NCBI RefSeq assembly: GCF_018350175.1
Contig: NC_058368.1
Location: forward strand, 156,924,001-156,988,000
From: Felis catus
Lineage: Eukaryota
Length of the DNA: 64,000 nucleotides
Reading direction: 5' to 3'
Below the pieces are notes generated by a model that saw only the letters and a list, made by a program, of their open reading frames with translations, was not told where the DNA came from and did not search any database. Both the position numbers and the translations under genes were made by a program. Position 1 is the first letter of the stretch. Every line of letters starts with the position of its first letter. Below, piece after piece: positions 26,477 to 36,613 of this stretch.

Positions 26477-26663
26477 TTTTTTTTAATGTTTATTCATTTA
26501 TGTTGGGGGGGGGGAGGAATAGCAGCAGCAGAGAGAGAGAATCCTAAGCAGGCTCCACAGTCTCAGCACAGCCCGATGCAGGACTCAGTCCCAGGGAACC
26601 ATGTGTTCATGCCTGAGCTGAATTCAAGTGGGACACTTAACCAATTGAGCCACCCAGGCACCC
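26477..26663 (-). mobile_element. Can-SINE (diverged)
   Basis: Reverse tail tttaatgtttattcattt and head gagccacccaggcaccc. Confidence 0.9.
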
Positions 26664-27170
26664 TATTAAAAGCATTTTTTAACAGAACCAGGAAAAACCA
26701 AAGACATAAGTAAAGGGGAAAACATCCTGTGATTGATTCCCTTCCACTCTCCCTTTCCTTGAAGTTTCAGCCAAATAGCCGGTGTTTCAAGTATTTCTGT
26801 CTTTTCATCCCTAAGGTCAGGTCACTGCCCAGCTTCAGGCTCCCACTGGGACTGTTGTGGCCTCTGCCTCTAACTACTCACTTCTGATTCTCACTTGACC
26901 CTACCCCCTGCTCATACACCTCCAGGGTCCCCAGGACTGCTGCTTCCCAGAGGCGCTCCTCAGTCCCAACAGTCTGGCCACACCTTCCTTTTCACTTTTA
27001 CTTCCCAGCACCCTCCCTGTGGAAACTTAGGCCTTGGTCGCACTACTGACTCTGTGTTTTGACCACACAGCACACTCCCTCGTCTCTGTGCCTGCGGCAG
27101 CATTCTTTCCCCTATCTCCTTGTGTCCAAATCCTAACCACACTCCAAAACAAGGCAGAAGAGGTCGGGGC

Positions 27171-27196
27171 GGGGGGGGGGGGGGGGGGGGGGGGGG
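27171..27196 (+). repeat. G26 homopolymer
   Basis: Seen directly. Confidence 0.9.
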
Positions 27197-27844
27197 AGCA
27201 CTCTTGAACTACGGACACCAAACCTCCTGCTGACCTGCACCCAGGCCCACAGTGTCTCCTTCCGTTTGCACTGGAAGAAGAACCCTTCTCCTGGCTGAGG
27301 CTACCACTTCCCCTCAGCTCTGGGGCCCACGCTGACCCATGCCCTGAGGCACCTCACCCCTTCATTTATCCCTCTGTTCTTAATCTTCGGCCTCTCCCTC
27401 TCCGCAGGCTCCTTCCTACTCACCAGCCGCTCAGGTGATACCGATTAAAAAACCAAAAATCTTCAGGAGACCCCATCCCAACACTGTTCTTGTTCTCCTG
27501 CTACCGCTTTTATCCCCTACGGAGTCAAACTGCTCGGCTTCTTGCCCCATCCCCAGCTCCTTTCCACACACCCCTCAGCCAACTGAGTTCTGCTTCAATT
27601 CCACCATGCCTGATTCCATTATTTTGTAAAATGCATTGACTCATACTATGCCCCAGGTAACCTATGCCTGGCACTGGGAGAAGAGAGGAGAAATCTGACA
27701 TGAGCTGTCTGAGCCGGCAGTTCAAACTGATAGCTAAATTCAACCCAGAAATATATTTTATTTGGCCTGTAGTTAAAAAAAATTTTTTTCAAAAAATTTT
27801 CCAAAAATTCAAGAATCTGGAGATTTCACATGAAAATCCAGATT

Positions 27845-28053
27845 AAAAAAAAAAATTTTGTTTATCTTTGAGATAGAGAGAGACAGAGCACAAGCTGGGG
27901 AGGGGCAGAAAGAGAGGAGACACAGAATCTGAAGCAGGCTCCAGGCTCTTAGCTGTCAGCACAGAGCCCGACGCGGGGCTCGAACTCATGGACCGCAAGA
28001 TCATGACCTGAACCGAAGTCTGGCGCTTAGCCAACCGAGCCACCCAGGTGCTC
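27845..28053 (-). mobile_element. Can-SINE (young, felid type)
   Basis: gagcccgacgcggggctcgaactcatggaccgcaagatcatgacctgaaccgaagtc. Confidence 0.95.
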
Positions 28054-28083
28054 CCAGACATTTGGCTTGTATTAAAGAATCCA

Positions 28084-28288
28084 GGGGTGCCTGTGTGGCT
28101 CAGCTGGTTAAGCATCTGACTCAGGATATGACTTTACCCTTGGTGGCATCAAGCCCCAAGTCTAGCTCTGCGCTGACAATCTGGGGCCTGCTTGGGATTC
28201 TCTGTCTCCCTGTCTCTCCGCCCCTCCCCTGCTCGCTCTCTCTCTCTCTCTCCTCTTTCTCTCTCTCAAAAATAAACATTTTAAAAAA
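28084..28288 (+). mobile_element. Can-SINE
   Basis: Head and tail; TSD aaa(g/a)aatcca. Confidence 0.93.
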
Positions 28289-28475
28289 TCCAGAAACTTT
28301 GGTGACACTGCTTCTATCACCGTATGATAATAATCAGTTGACACTGAAAAGCAGTTGCCCTTCAATGGGGTAAAGGGCTCCCTGGTTCACCATGGACCCC
28401 ATCAAACCCTCTATGCTCATTTTCTTTCCTCTGATGGCCCCTGTAGGCAGTGAAGTTTGAATCCCTGCTCTAGAT

Positions 28476-28797
28476 CAGTGCTGTCTAACAGAAATGAAAA
28501 TGTGAGCAACATACATAATTTTAAATATTCTGATAGTCATACTTTTAAAAAATAGAAAGGAAGTGGTATAGTTAACTTTAATAATATATTCTATTTAATT
28601 CAACATATCCAAAATATTATTTTGGTGTACAAGCACCGTAAAAAATTAGTAATGAGATATTGTACCTCTTTTCTCTGTGCTAAGGCTTCACAATCCAGGG
28701 TGCATCTTACACTTAGAGTGCACCTCAGTTCAAACTAGCCACATTTCTAGCATTCAAGAGCCACATGTGACTAGTGGCTGCTTCTGAGACAGCACAG
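28476..28797. mobile_element. MER33/MER3-like hAT MITE, full length (322 bp)
   Basis: Imperfect TIRs cagtgctgtc...gacagcacag; 8-bp TSD ctctagat/ctccagat; agccacatgtgactagtggct core. Confidence 0.85.
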
Positions 28798-31700
28798 CTC
28801 CAGATGCTTAATAATCCATCAGAAAAAAAATCACCTTGCAAGCAGAGAGAGGGGGAGAGAATTTTAAGGGAAAAAAAGAAACCAGGCAGGAATGAGGCAA
28901 AGGGTGATGATATTAGAGAGTAAGCATTGTGAGGACTTCAAAAATAGGAGGGAAGGAAGTAGGATCATAGAGACATTGAAGAGTGCTCCCCAAAAAGTTC
29001 AGCTATAGTCTAGTGCTCCAAGGGAAGAGATGCCATTTATCATCAAATGTAATTAACTGGCAATGCAGATTTTCTGGAGGAAGGCTTTAGTGTTTTATTA
29101 GTAGGTTCAGCATTAGACGTGTGGTCACTATGAAAAGCAACTGACCAAATGTCTGAACCCGAGTTTACCCACTTGGCATTCAAGAACCAACAGAATGGGC
29201 CAGGCCACTAAGGACAGGATTCTTGGTCAAGACTGGGATTTTAATCTAGTTCAAGGGGATGAGTTTGAAGAGAAGTGGCAGTGAAGCAGGCAGGAAAGTA
29301 TCTTGAGCTAAAATCTAAGCAAAGTTCAAGACTTAGAGATCATAAGTGAGTGAGACTATGTCAGCAGGTATTGGAAATCCAGACGGGGGAAGCAACATGA
29401 GAGGCCAGACAAGGAGACCTGGATGCAAAAGGGGATACCCCAAGTCAGAGACTGGCACCAAGAAATGCATCCCTGAGCCAGAGACCTCAGAAGTAAGAAT
29501 CACTCCTCCATCCTCCATGCAAATACAACATGGCAGCCATTTAAGTAGGTATCGTGTCCTCCTTTCACACCCACAGACATGAATAAGAATTATTAAAGTA
29601 GGGGTTGAGAAAAGCCAGGGGAAGAGGGAAAGTCAAATACATCTGTCAGGCTTAAAAGGACTTGGAAACAAGAAGGCAGGAACATCATTACACAACTATA
29701 AGTGATTTTGGAACTTTTCCAGAGAATTTCTTCTGAATAGCTCTGTGCCATCCATTCATCCCTTCATTCACTCAGCAAGCACTTGAAATCTTCCCTCTAC
29801 AATGCTGATTAGATAGGTCAATTGTACCAAGGCTTGCCAAATTCTACTCTAGCATGCTGATGAAGGTAGCTCAGGCTTAAGCAAAATAGGGTCAGTTGCT
29901 AATACTGACAGGGCCGCACTGAATAAAACCTGTGGGATTAAGAGAATGTACTGGCCCCAACACATCCAGAGATCCATTTGTCTATCATGTGTTGTAATTT
30001 TTCCAGATTCACTAGGACCCAAAAGGATGGGAAATAAGGCTGGTATAAACTATCTCAAGAGACTTCACAGGAAAATTGTTCTCTCAACAAGGCAAGACTT
30101 TCAAAGGCAAGTATGCAGGACTTTCAAACCTCATTACGTTGAAAATATAGGGTTTTTTTGCATCACTTGCATTCAGATTAATGTTAAATACAAGTATTTG
30201 GAGACATGAGGAAAATCATGGCCTGATATTCTGCCGAAAAATAAAATTTTAATATAAGAAACTGGTATACATTGGAGGAGGAAACTATTTGCATAAAATC
30301 TTCAATTATTGAGGGATAGGAATCACTTTGCACATCTCATTTATAAAAAGCAGTGTAAGAAGAAAAGTTTGATGATGACAAAGAAAGCAAAATGGCACAT
30401 AAAGTTAATCACACGGGAAAAAAATGCATGTTGTCAATGCTTCCAACAAATCAAAATTCACAAATAAAAATAGTAGCAAATATTTGGCAACTGAAAAAAT
30501 GACATGAGGAAGTGTGCCTCACACCTGTCAGTAATTAACTTTATAGAAAGATGAACTTGTCCTAAATAGATATGCTTTATATAGTAATTTTATGGAAACA
30601 AACAACTGTGTCTAAAGCAAGCTCTAGAACAGTATTTACTACTTCATCCACATGAAACAAACAAAAAAGCCAGTATTGAAACAATAGCCCTCAATTACTA
30701 AGAGATTTTATTTAGGACTCTTGGCTTAGTCAGGCAAGGAAATACATCATTTTTAGTTAAGATTTCCAGCAAAAAAAAAAAAAAGTCAAAACAAAAAAGC
30801 TTCACATTTCAAAAAATTAATTTCTGCTTATCTAAAACATGTCTATGACACTGCAAATAGCTATGAATTAACAAAAAAAAACAAAAAACAAAAAACTCAT
30901 GACCCTAACTTCTGAATATGCAGATTTCGTCAATGCTTGCAATGTTATCTAGACAAACTATTTACTCTTCACCAATCTAGAGCTAACAAACGTTTTGATA
31001 ATCATCCTGAGCCAAGAAACCATGCTACATGTTTCTTTGAGTTACAGAAGATATATTATTAATCTTTAATTTTGTGAAATCATCCCTTATTTCCAAAGTC
31101 AGGGCAAGAGAAAAAAGGAGTGCTTGTCCTGTTACCTTTATGAATCTATTAATCCTATTTTATCCCTCTAAGTATTTACTTTGCTTTTCCAGGGTAACGC
31201 ACGCATACTTGCCAAAAGTAATATGATTTTTTCATTACTCTGTGAAATTGTGAGGTCACCTGTACTGCCTGGGTTCATTTGTGGCTATGTTCCCCACCAG
31301 TGCAAGTAAATGAATTTACACCTTAAATGAGAAGGACCAGCAAAGTTCCCTGTGAATTTTTCTTCAACAACCCACTTATTTGTATTGGTGCCAGTGGCAA
31401 GACTTTAATATCTGCTCAATAATAACAACTTACACAGCCATTGCTAGTGTTTTCTGAGTTCATAAAATATCTACCTGATAACACTACCACTTGTACAAGA
31501 TTCATAGCTGTACTCAAGTTTGCCAGATACACAATATAGAACGTAAAGGTCATGGGAAAATAATTCCACTCCAGAGTAAACGTGTCACTCTGTTCATTCC
31601 ATTCCTCTGGAATAATGTGATGATCACAGCATATTTCCAGGATGCTATCACACATCAAACTTCATGCCTTGCTCCAAAATGTCCTAAGATCTCATCTTGC

Positions 31701-33167
31701 CTCTCTCATTTTGAAAAAGCCATTAACATCGCTTTTGGGGCTTGTTCTTGAGAATATTAGTTTTTTTGGTGATTTTAAGTCATTTACGTTAGGAATTGCA
31801 TTTTTTTTTAGACTTGTGTCTTCCCCAAGATTAACTTATGTTCTTTGAAGTAATATTAAAGACACTTGGAAAATAGATAATAAAAATTAACCCAAACCAC
31901 ATTTTAAATCATTTTTGAAAATACAAGCTTTCTCTAAAAGGTCGGATAATAAACAAAGCAAGATGCACTTCATGTACAGATCTCATCTTAGAAAATATTT
32001 TTCTACTTTTCGTTGGGGCTTACAGATGTATTTTAGGAATTTTACCCCAATGAATGAATATTCTTCTTACTATGTTTTGAAACATTCCTATCATACCCTG
32101 AGTACTTTAGCCACTTTTTTTACAAAAAATTTTTTTTTACTTCTCAATGAAAACAATTTTAACAAAATGAATTTAAAAGAAAAACAATAAGAGTTTAACA
32201 TTCATAAACTTCATGCTTTTGTTAAAGCACTAAAAAAATGTGACATACTCATTCTTCACTCTTTATCTTAAAATACTGGCTTCCTGATTCTAGCAAAATG
32301 TAATTTTAGTAACTCATCAAGACAGAATACATAAAATTGGCATATTTTTGATATGCACACAAATTGAGAAAGCATCTTTCCCAACTGTGTTGCAGAAAAT
32401 GAAATGCATCTGGTATGACAATATGGCCCAGCACGTGAACCAGAGTCAGTGGGAAGAAATGTTTTTTTTTCTTTTTCTCAGAGCAGAACATTTTAAATAA
32501 TGCCCATGCCCCAACAACAAGGCATTATTAAGTCTGTTAAAGTGTTTTTCAAAGGTATATTTCGCTAAAGAGCACACAGCAGAAAGAGGGCAGGCTGGGG
32601 CATGGCGAGGGGGGGAGGGGTGGGGCGGGTAGCACAGTATGCTCAGTTTTAAACATTGTACATCAATGACTTCCAAACCTCTCTCCCCCAGCAGTCCAAA
32701 CTGATTTTTTTCTTTTTCTTTTTTCTTTCCTTCTTTCTTTCTCCTCCCCTCCCCGCTTTTTTTTTTTTTTAACATTCCCCCCCCCCCCCCAGAGTCAGAG
32801 CTTATGCACATATGTTGTTGTGGCCTCATGCTGAGCTGGAGGGAGAAGCAGAGAGGTAGGAAGTGTGTTGGAGAACATGGTTGATGCCAGGATCAAGCAG
32901 AGAACAAGAGAAAAATCGAGACACTTGCATGATTTTTGCAATGAATTTTCTTTCTTCTTTAAAAGAAAGTTCTTTTTATTTAGTCAATCTGAAGATGTAT
33001 GTAATGCTTTTATTGTCTTTTCCTTCCTGTGTGCCTCTCTGGGACTGTGAATAGAACAGGAATCTGCATATGGTACATATCCCTCCCTCAACCCAAGTAT
33101 CTTCTGAGGCCAGGGGCTGGGGGGGGGGGGGGGGGGCAAGGCAATCCCTCTGAGAGATGCAGGAAGC

Positions 33168-33311
33168 TCAGAAGGGCACCGCACAGCATAGCCTACTCCT
33201 GGACACTTTCAAGAGTCCTCTTCTAGTTTCAGCTTCCAATTCGATTTCTTCCTCTTCCTCATCACAGGGTGAGCCAGCCAGGCTTGAGAAATTATTGGGC
33301 AGAGGGGCCAT
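33168..33311 (-). CDS. Candidate 47-aa microprotein ORF (MAPLPNNFSSLAGSPCDEEEEEIELEAETRRGLLKVSRSRLCCAVPF)
   Basis: Hand translation, ATG (ctcATGG) to TGA. Mixed GAG/GAA acidic tract and basic di-cysteine C-terminus. Followed by AATAAA at 33014-33009 and 32980-32975 and by long AT-rich sequence without recognisable transposons. Confidence 0.35.
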   Translation of the reverse strand: MAPLPNNFSSLAGSPCDEEEEEIELEAETRRGLLKVSRSRLCCAVPF

Positions 33312-33864
33312 GAGAGGACCGAGGGATCCTGCGTCTGCACTGGTGAGCTAGTGCTGAAAGCCACATTTGTGACTCCGAGTGGAAAACTGTCCACTTCTCA
33401 AGGAACAGACTCCACGAGCAGCACATGCAGGGAACCAACAATGGTGCCTCTCCCTGGGACTGTGTGTGACATCAAACAGGACCCTAGGGGCTACTGTTCT
33501 GCCTACAACCCATCTTTCACACATTCTGTGAAAGGTATTTTAGCTTTGTTATTCATTTTACATCTTCACTGAAATGCTGATTCCTTGTAACAAAAAAGCT
33601 TTAGAATCATAGATGGTATGATTAATAATGTCACTTGTAAATGTGATATAATAGTTATACAATAATGTATCACAGAAAAAAAAATTGATATAGTGAATAC
33701 ATCATAGAACTGATTCTAGGGAGGGGAAAGAAAATCCAGACTGTATGTAAACTTGCAAGCATTAATCAGAGGACTGAAGTCATCCCAGAAACACGACAAG
33801 CTCTAAAAGTTGTCAAGGGTAGCTGTAGTAATGTAAAAAATTCTGGAGAATTTCAGTACAACAC

Positions 33865-34025
33865 CTCTATCATTTATTGACCATGTGACTCTGGAAAGGC
33901 TATTAAATTTATCTGAGCATTGGTTTCCTATTCCATAAAATGGCAACAAGAACTTCGGTCATGCAGGACTGCTGGGATCATTAAATCATGGAAGGCTGTA
34001 AGTGCCCAGCATATGGTAAAGTTAC
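33865..34025 (+). mobile_element. MIR fragment
   Basis: catgtgactctggaaag...tctgagcattggtttcctattccataaaatgg...gtaagtgcccagca. Confidence 0.55.
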
Positions 34026-34958
34026 ACACAATGTTGTACATACAATATGTATGTAAAGGTACATACATATGGTAAAGGTACATACAATAATGTTAGTTTA
34101 GTACATTCTCCAAAATAGGCTTAGGTCGTTTGTATACAAAATTCATGTTTACATAGCAGTTTTCTAAAAGATTGATAGCTTCAGAAAATTTTTTCATAAA
34201 AACTAACAAAGATTAATTCAGAATTCTCTGCTTTTGCTTTGAAAATTTTGGTTCAGTGAACTGCAAAGTAATTTAGTAAGTTAACATTTGCAGTAATGTA
34301 TCTACCTTCAAAATAACTCAATTGTTTGTTGTTTGATTATTCTTGATCATAGAAGTCAATAAAAACAAATGTAAACAGTACCCCATCTCTAAAATTCTTA
34401 TATGTTCGGATATGTACACATTCAAAAGTAAATTCTTTCAATATATATAATATTCATCTACACTGAATTTAACACATTCTTTTAAAACCACATTTTGTTT
34501 TATTTTAGGAACCAAAACCAGGAGTTCTATTCAATTCTCTTTCAAGATAAAAGGAAAAGTAGAGTTAGTGAGACTGTCAATGTTACCTTCTGAGAATGAC
34601 TACAATCTTTTTCTAGAACGTGAGATGTTTTCTACAACATCAATAACATCAGGTTACCCACCTGTATTCTGGTTTTCTGAAATTACACTAATTAGCTAAT
34701 AAACCATAAAAATTTTCAACTGATATCCCATGTATTCCCACATCTTACCGTTCAAAACATGTCGTTATGTTTTTTGTAGTTCAAACTTGCAGCTAATTAA
34801 AGATTAACCTTTAAAGATTAACTAACCTAACAATCAGGTTCGAAATAATGAGAATTAAATAAACTATGATGTATTGAAAGAAAAGAGTCCTTTACGTCAC
34901 TGATGGACTGTAACTTTTAAAATATTTGCTAACATTAACACAATTTCTAAGTATTTAC

Positions 34959-35122
34959 CAAAGGTGCGCATCTCCTCTACAAAACCGAGGCAATGAAAGC
35001 AGCTGCTGGGGAAATGCCTTATGGATCCTACGTTCATTTTTACTTGACTCTGGTCGGACCACACTTAACTCTTGCCTAACCAAAGAGGCAACATACTTAA
35101 ACGCAACTGCTTCAGGTGAATA
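34959..35122 (-). other. Candidate 164-nt alternative exon in MCTP1 intron 1
   Basis: Acceptor ttcctgtggccttttctaactttcag|TAT and donor TTG|GTAAAT. Open in the phase-0 frame left by exon 1 (YSPEAVAFKYVASLVRQELSVV...RGDAHL). Confidence 0.35.
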
Positions 35123-35778
35123 CTGAAAGTTAGAAAAGGCCACAGGAATCTATTTGAGTGACTCAGATGAGGCGCTCACTCTGTCCACTTGTTGGGCAGC
35201 GATCTCTTGGCAGCGAGTACTTTTAAGAAGCGAGTGCAAAAATACGGACAGACTTGCTTTAAGGGTTTCCCCAATAAAGGACCTCACGTTTGCCAATAAT
35301 TCACCTCTCCTTATTGCTATTCCTTCCTGCAAGTCCTTATTGTTTCAAGTGCTGGCCCCTCCTTACCGTCATACAGGGTTGTAATTTTTTTTTTTTTAAT
35401 TGCTGGATTTGTTTTTCTTTAGAGAAGGTGAGACTTCGCTAGACAGCCCTTAGACCTCCAAAAAGTACCCACTTTTCGTCTAACTTTATTCCTCTCTTAT
35501 TTGGCTACTATTAATACTTCCACTTTCATAGCGATTCATAAAGCTACCCGGCTTCTGGCAGTAGGTGTTATTTCTTCCAAAAGTAATGTCAGGGTGCAAG
35601 TCAGAGCTGTATCTTTACAAAGCGGGAGCGGGAATGTTTCCTTTTCCCTGTGGATTTACTTGGTAGCACCCCCCCCCCCCCCACACACACACCGCTGCAA
35701 CGCCAGGGGTAGCTACTGCCCCAAGCCGGAGGCGTGGCCAGGCGCACCTGTCTCCGGCCTCGCACAACCTTCACTCAC

Positions 35779-36501
35779 CTGGTTGCTGCCGAGCTCCTCG
35801 CCCTTCTCCGGGGTCCGCGGCTGCACTGGGCTCTCAGCTGGTTCTGCAGGAGGCGGCGGCGGTTCCAGCAGCTGCTCCAGGCAGGCGGTGCCGGGCAGGG
35901 AGGAACTCTTCTGATGGCACAAGTGCGCCTCGGGGCCCCGACGCCGTGCCCCCTCATCTCGGGCGCGGTCTCCCCTCGCGGGAGGCTGGGGCGAGGAGGA
36001 CAGGGAGGATGAGGCTGAGGATGAAGAGGGAGCTGAGTCCGGGGACCGTCCGCCAGGAGGCGTCACTCCCGCTGCTCCCGCGGCGGTTGTCGCCGGTCCC
36101 CTTCCCGCTGGGAGCAAATGCTCACGGATCCGGCGGCGCAAGGTGGACCCCTGCTCGGTTCTGCCGGCGCCGCCGGGCTCAAGAGGCTCCGGCGAGGAGC
36201 AGCACAGGTTGGGCTGGGAGGAGGAGAAGACGCGGTCCAGCACTTGCTTCCGTTTCTTGAAGCCGCTCCACCTGCTGCCCGCGCCACCCACGCCGGCCAG
36301 TGCGTCCCGCCTGCCCCCCGGGGGTGGCGGGGACGGCGATGGGGTGTCCGCAGTGCGGCGCTCTGGGACCCCTGCGCGCCCGCCCCCGCCGCCCTTGCTC
36401 TTGCCCACCCCCAGCTGCAGGTTCTTCCAGAGCCGGGCCTGGAAGGAGGAGGACGCCGCCGCAGGCTCGGGCGAGCCCGCCGCGGCTGCCCGGGGCTCCA
36501 T
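35779..36501 (-). CDS. MCTP1: MCTP1 (multiple C2 and transmembrane domain-containing protein 1), first coding exon of the long isoform; 241 codons, disordered N-terminus. Remaining exons lie left of this window.
   Basis: Translation MEPRAAAAGSPEPAAASSSFQARLWKNLQLGVGKSKGGGGG...RWSGFKKRKQVLDRVFSSSQPNLCCSSPEPLEPGG...HLCHQKSSSLPGTACLEQLLEPPPPPAEP...GEELGSNQ matches my recollection of the mammalian MCTP1 N-terminus. Strong Kozak context (aggATGg). Ends at a consensus phase-0 donor CAG|GTGAGT (GT at 35778-35777). Confidence 0.95.
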
Positions 36502-36527
36502 CCTCCACCCCCTGCTCCTCCTTTCCA

Positions 36528-36613
36528 CTCCTCCTCCTCCTCCTCCTTCTTCTCCTCCGCCCTCTCCGGCTGCACCTCCTCCCGGAGCCCCGCGGTGGCG
36601 GCGGCGGCGGCGG
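36528..36613 (-). repeat. (GGA)n and (GCC)n trinucleotide tracts in the MCTP1 5' leader
   Basis: Plus strand ctcctcctcctcctccttcttctcctcc (about 36528-36558) and gcggtggcggcggcggcggcgg (about 36592-36613). Confidence 0.85.

Larger units (their letters stand above)
27715..28467. mobile_element. hAT-Charlie-like DNA transposon fossil split by two SINEs
   Basis: cagttcaaact...tttatttggcc start; tctggagatttcacatgaaaatccaga; ends tttgaatccctg before a ctctagat site. Confidence 0.45.

Noticed and set aside
32446..32829. 127-aa minus-strand ORF (MRPQQH...GGGGG...KKKK)
   Set aside because: Driven by G, A and purine homopolymer runs; frame depends on unstable tract lengths.
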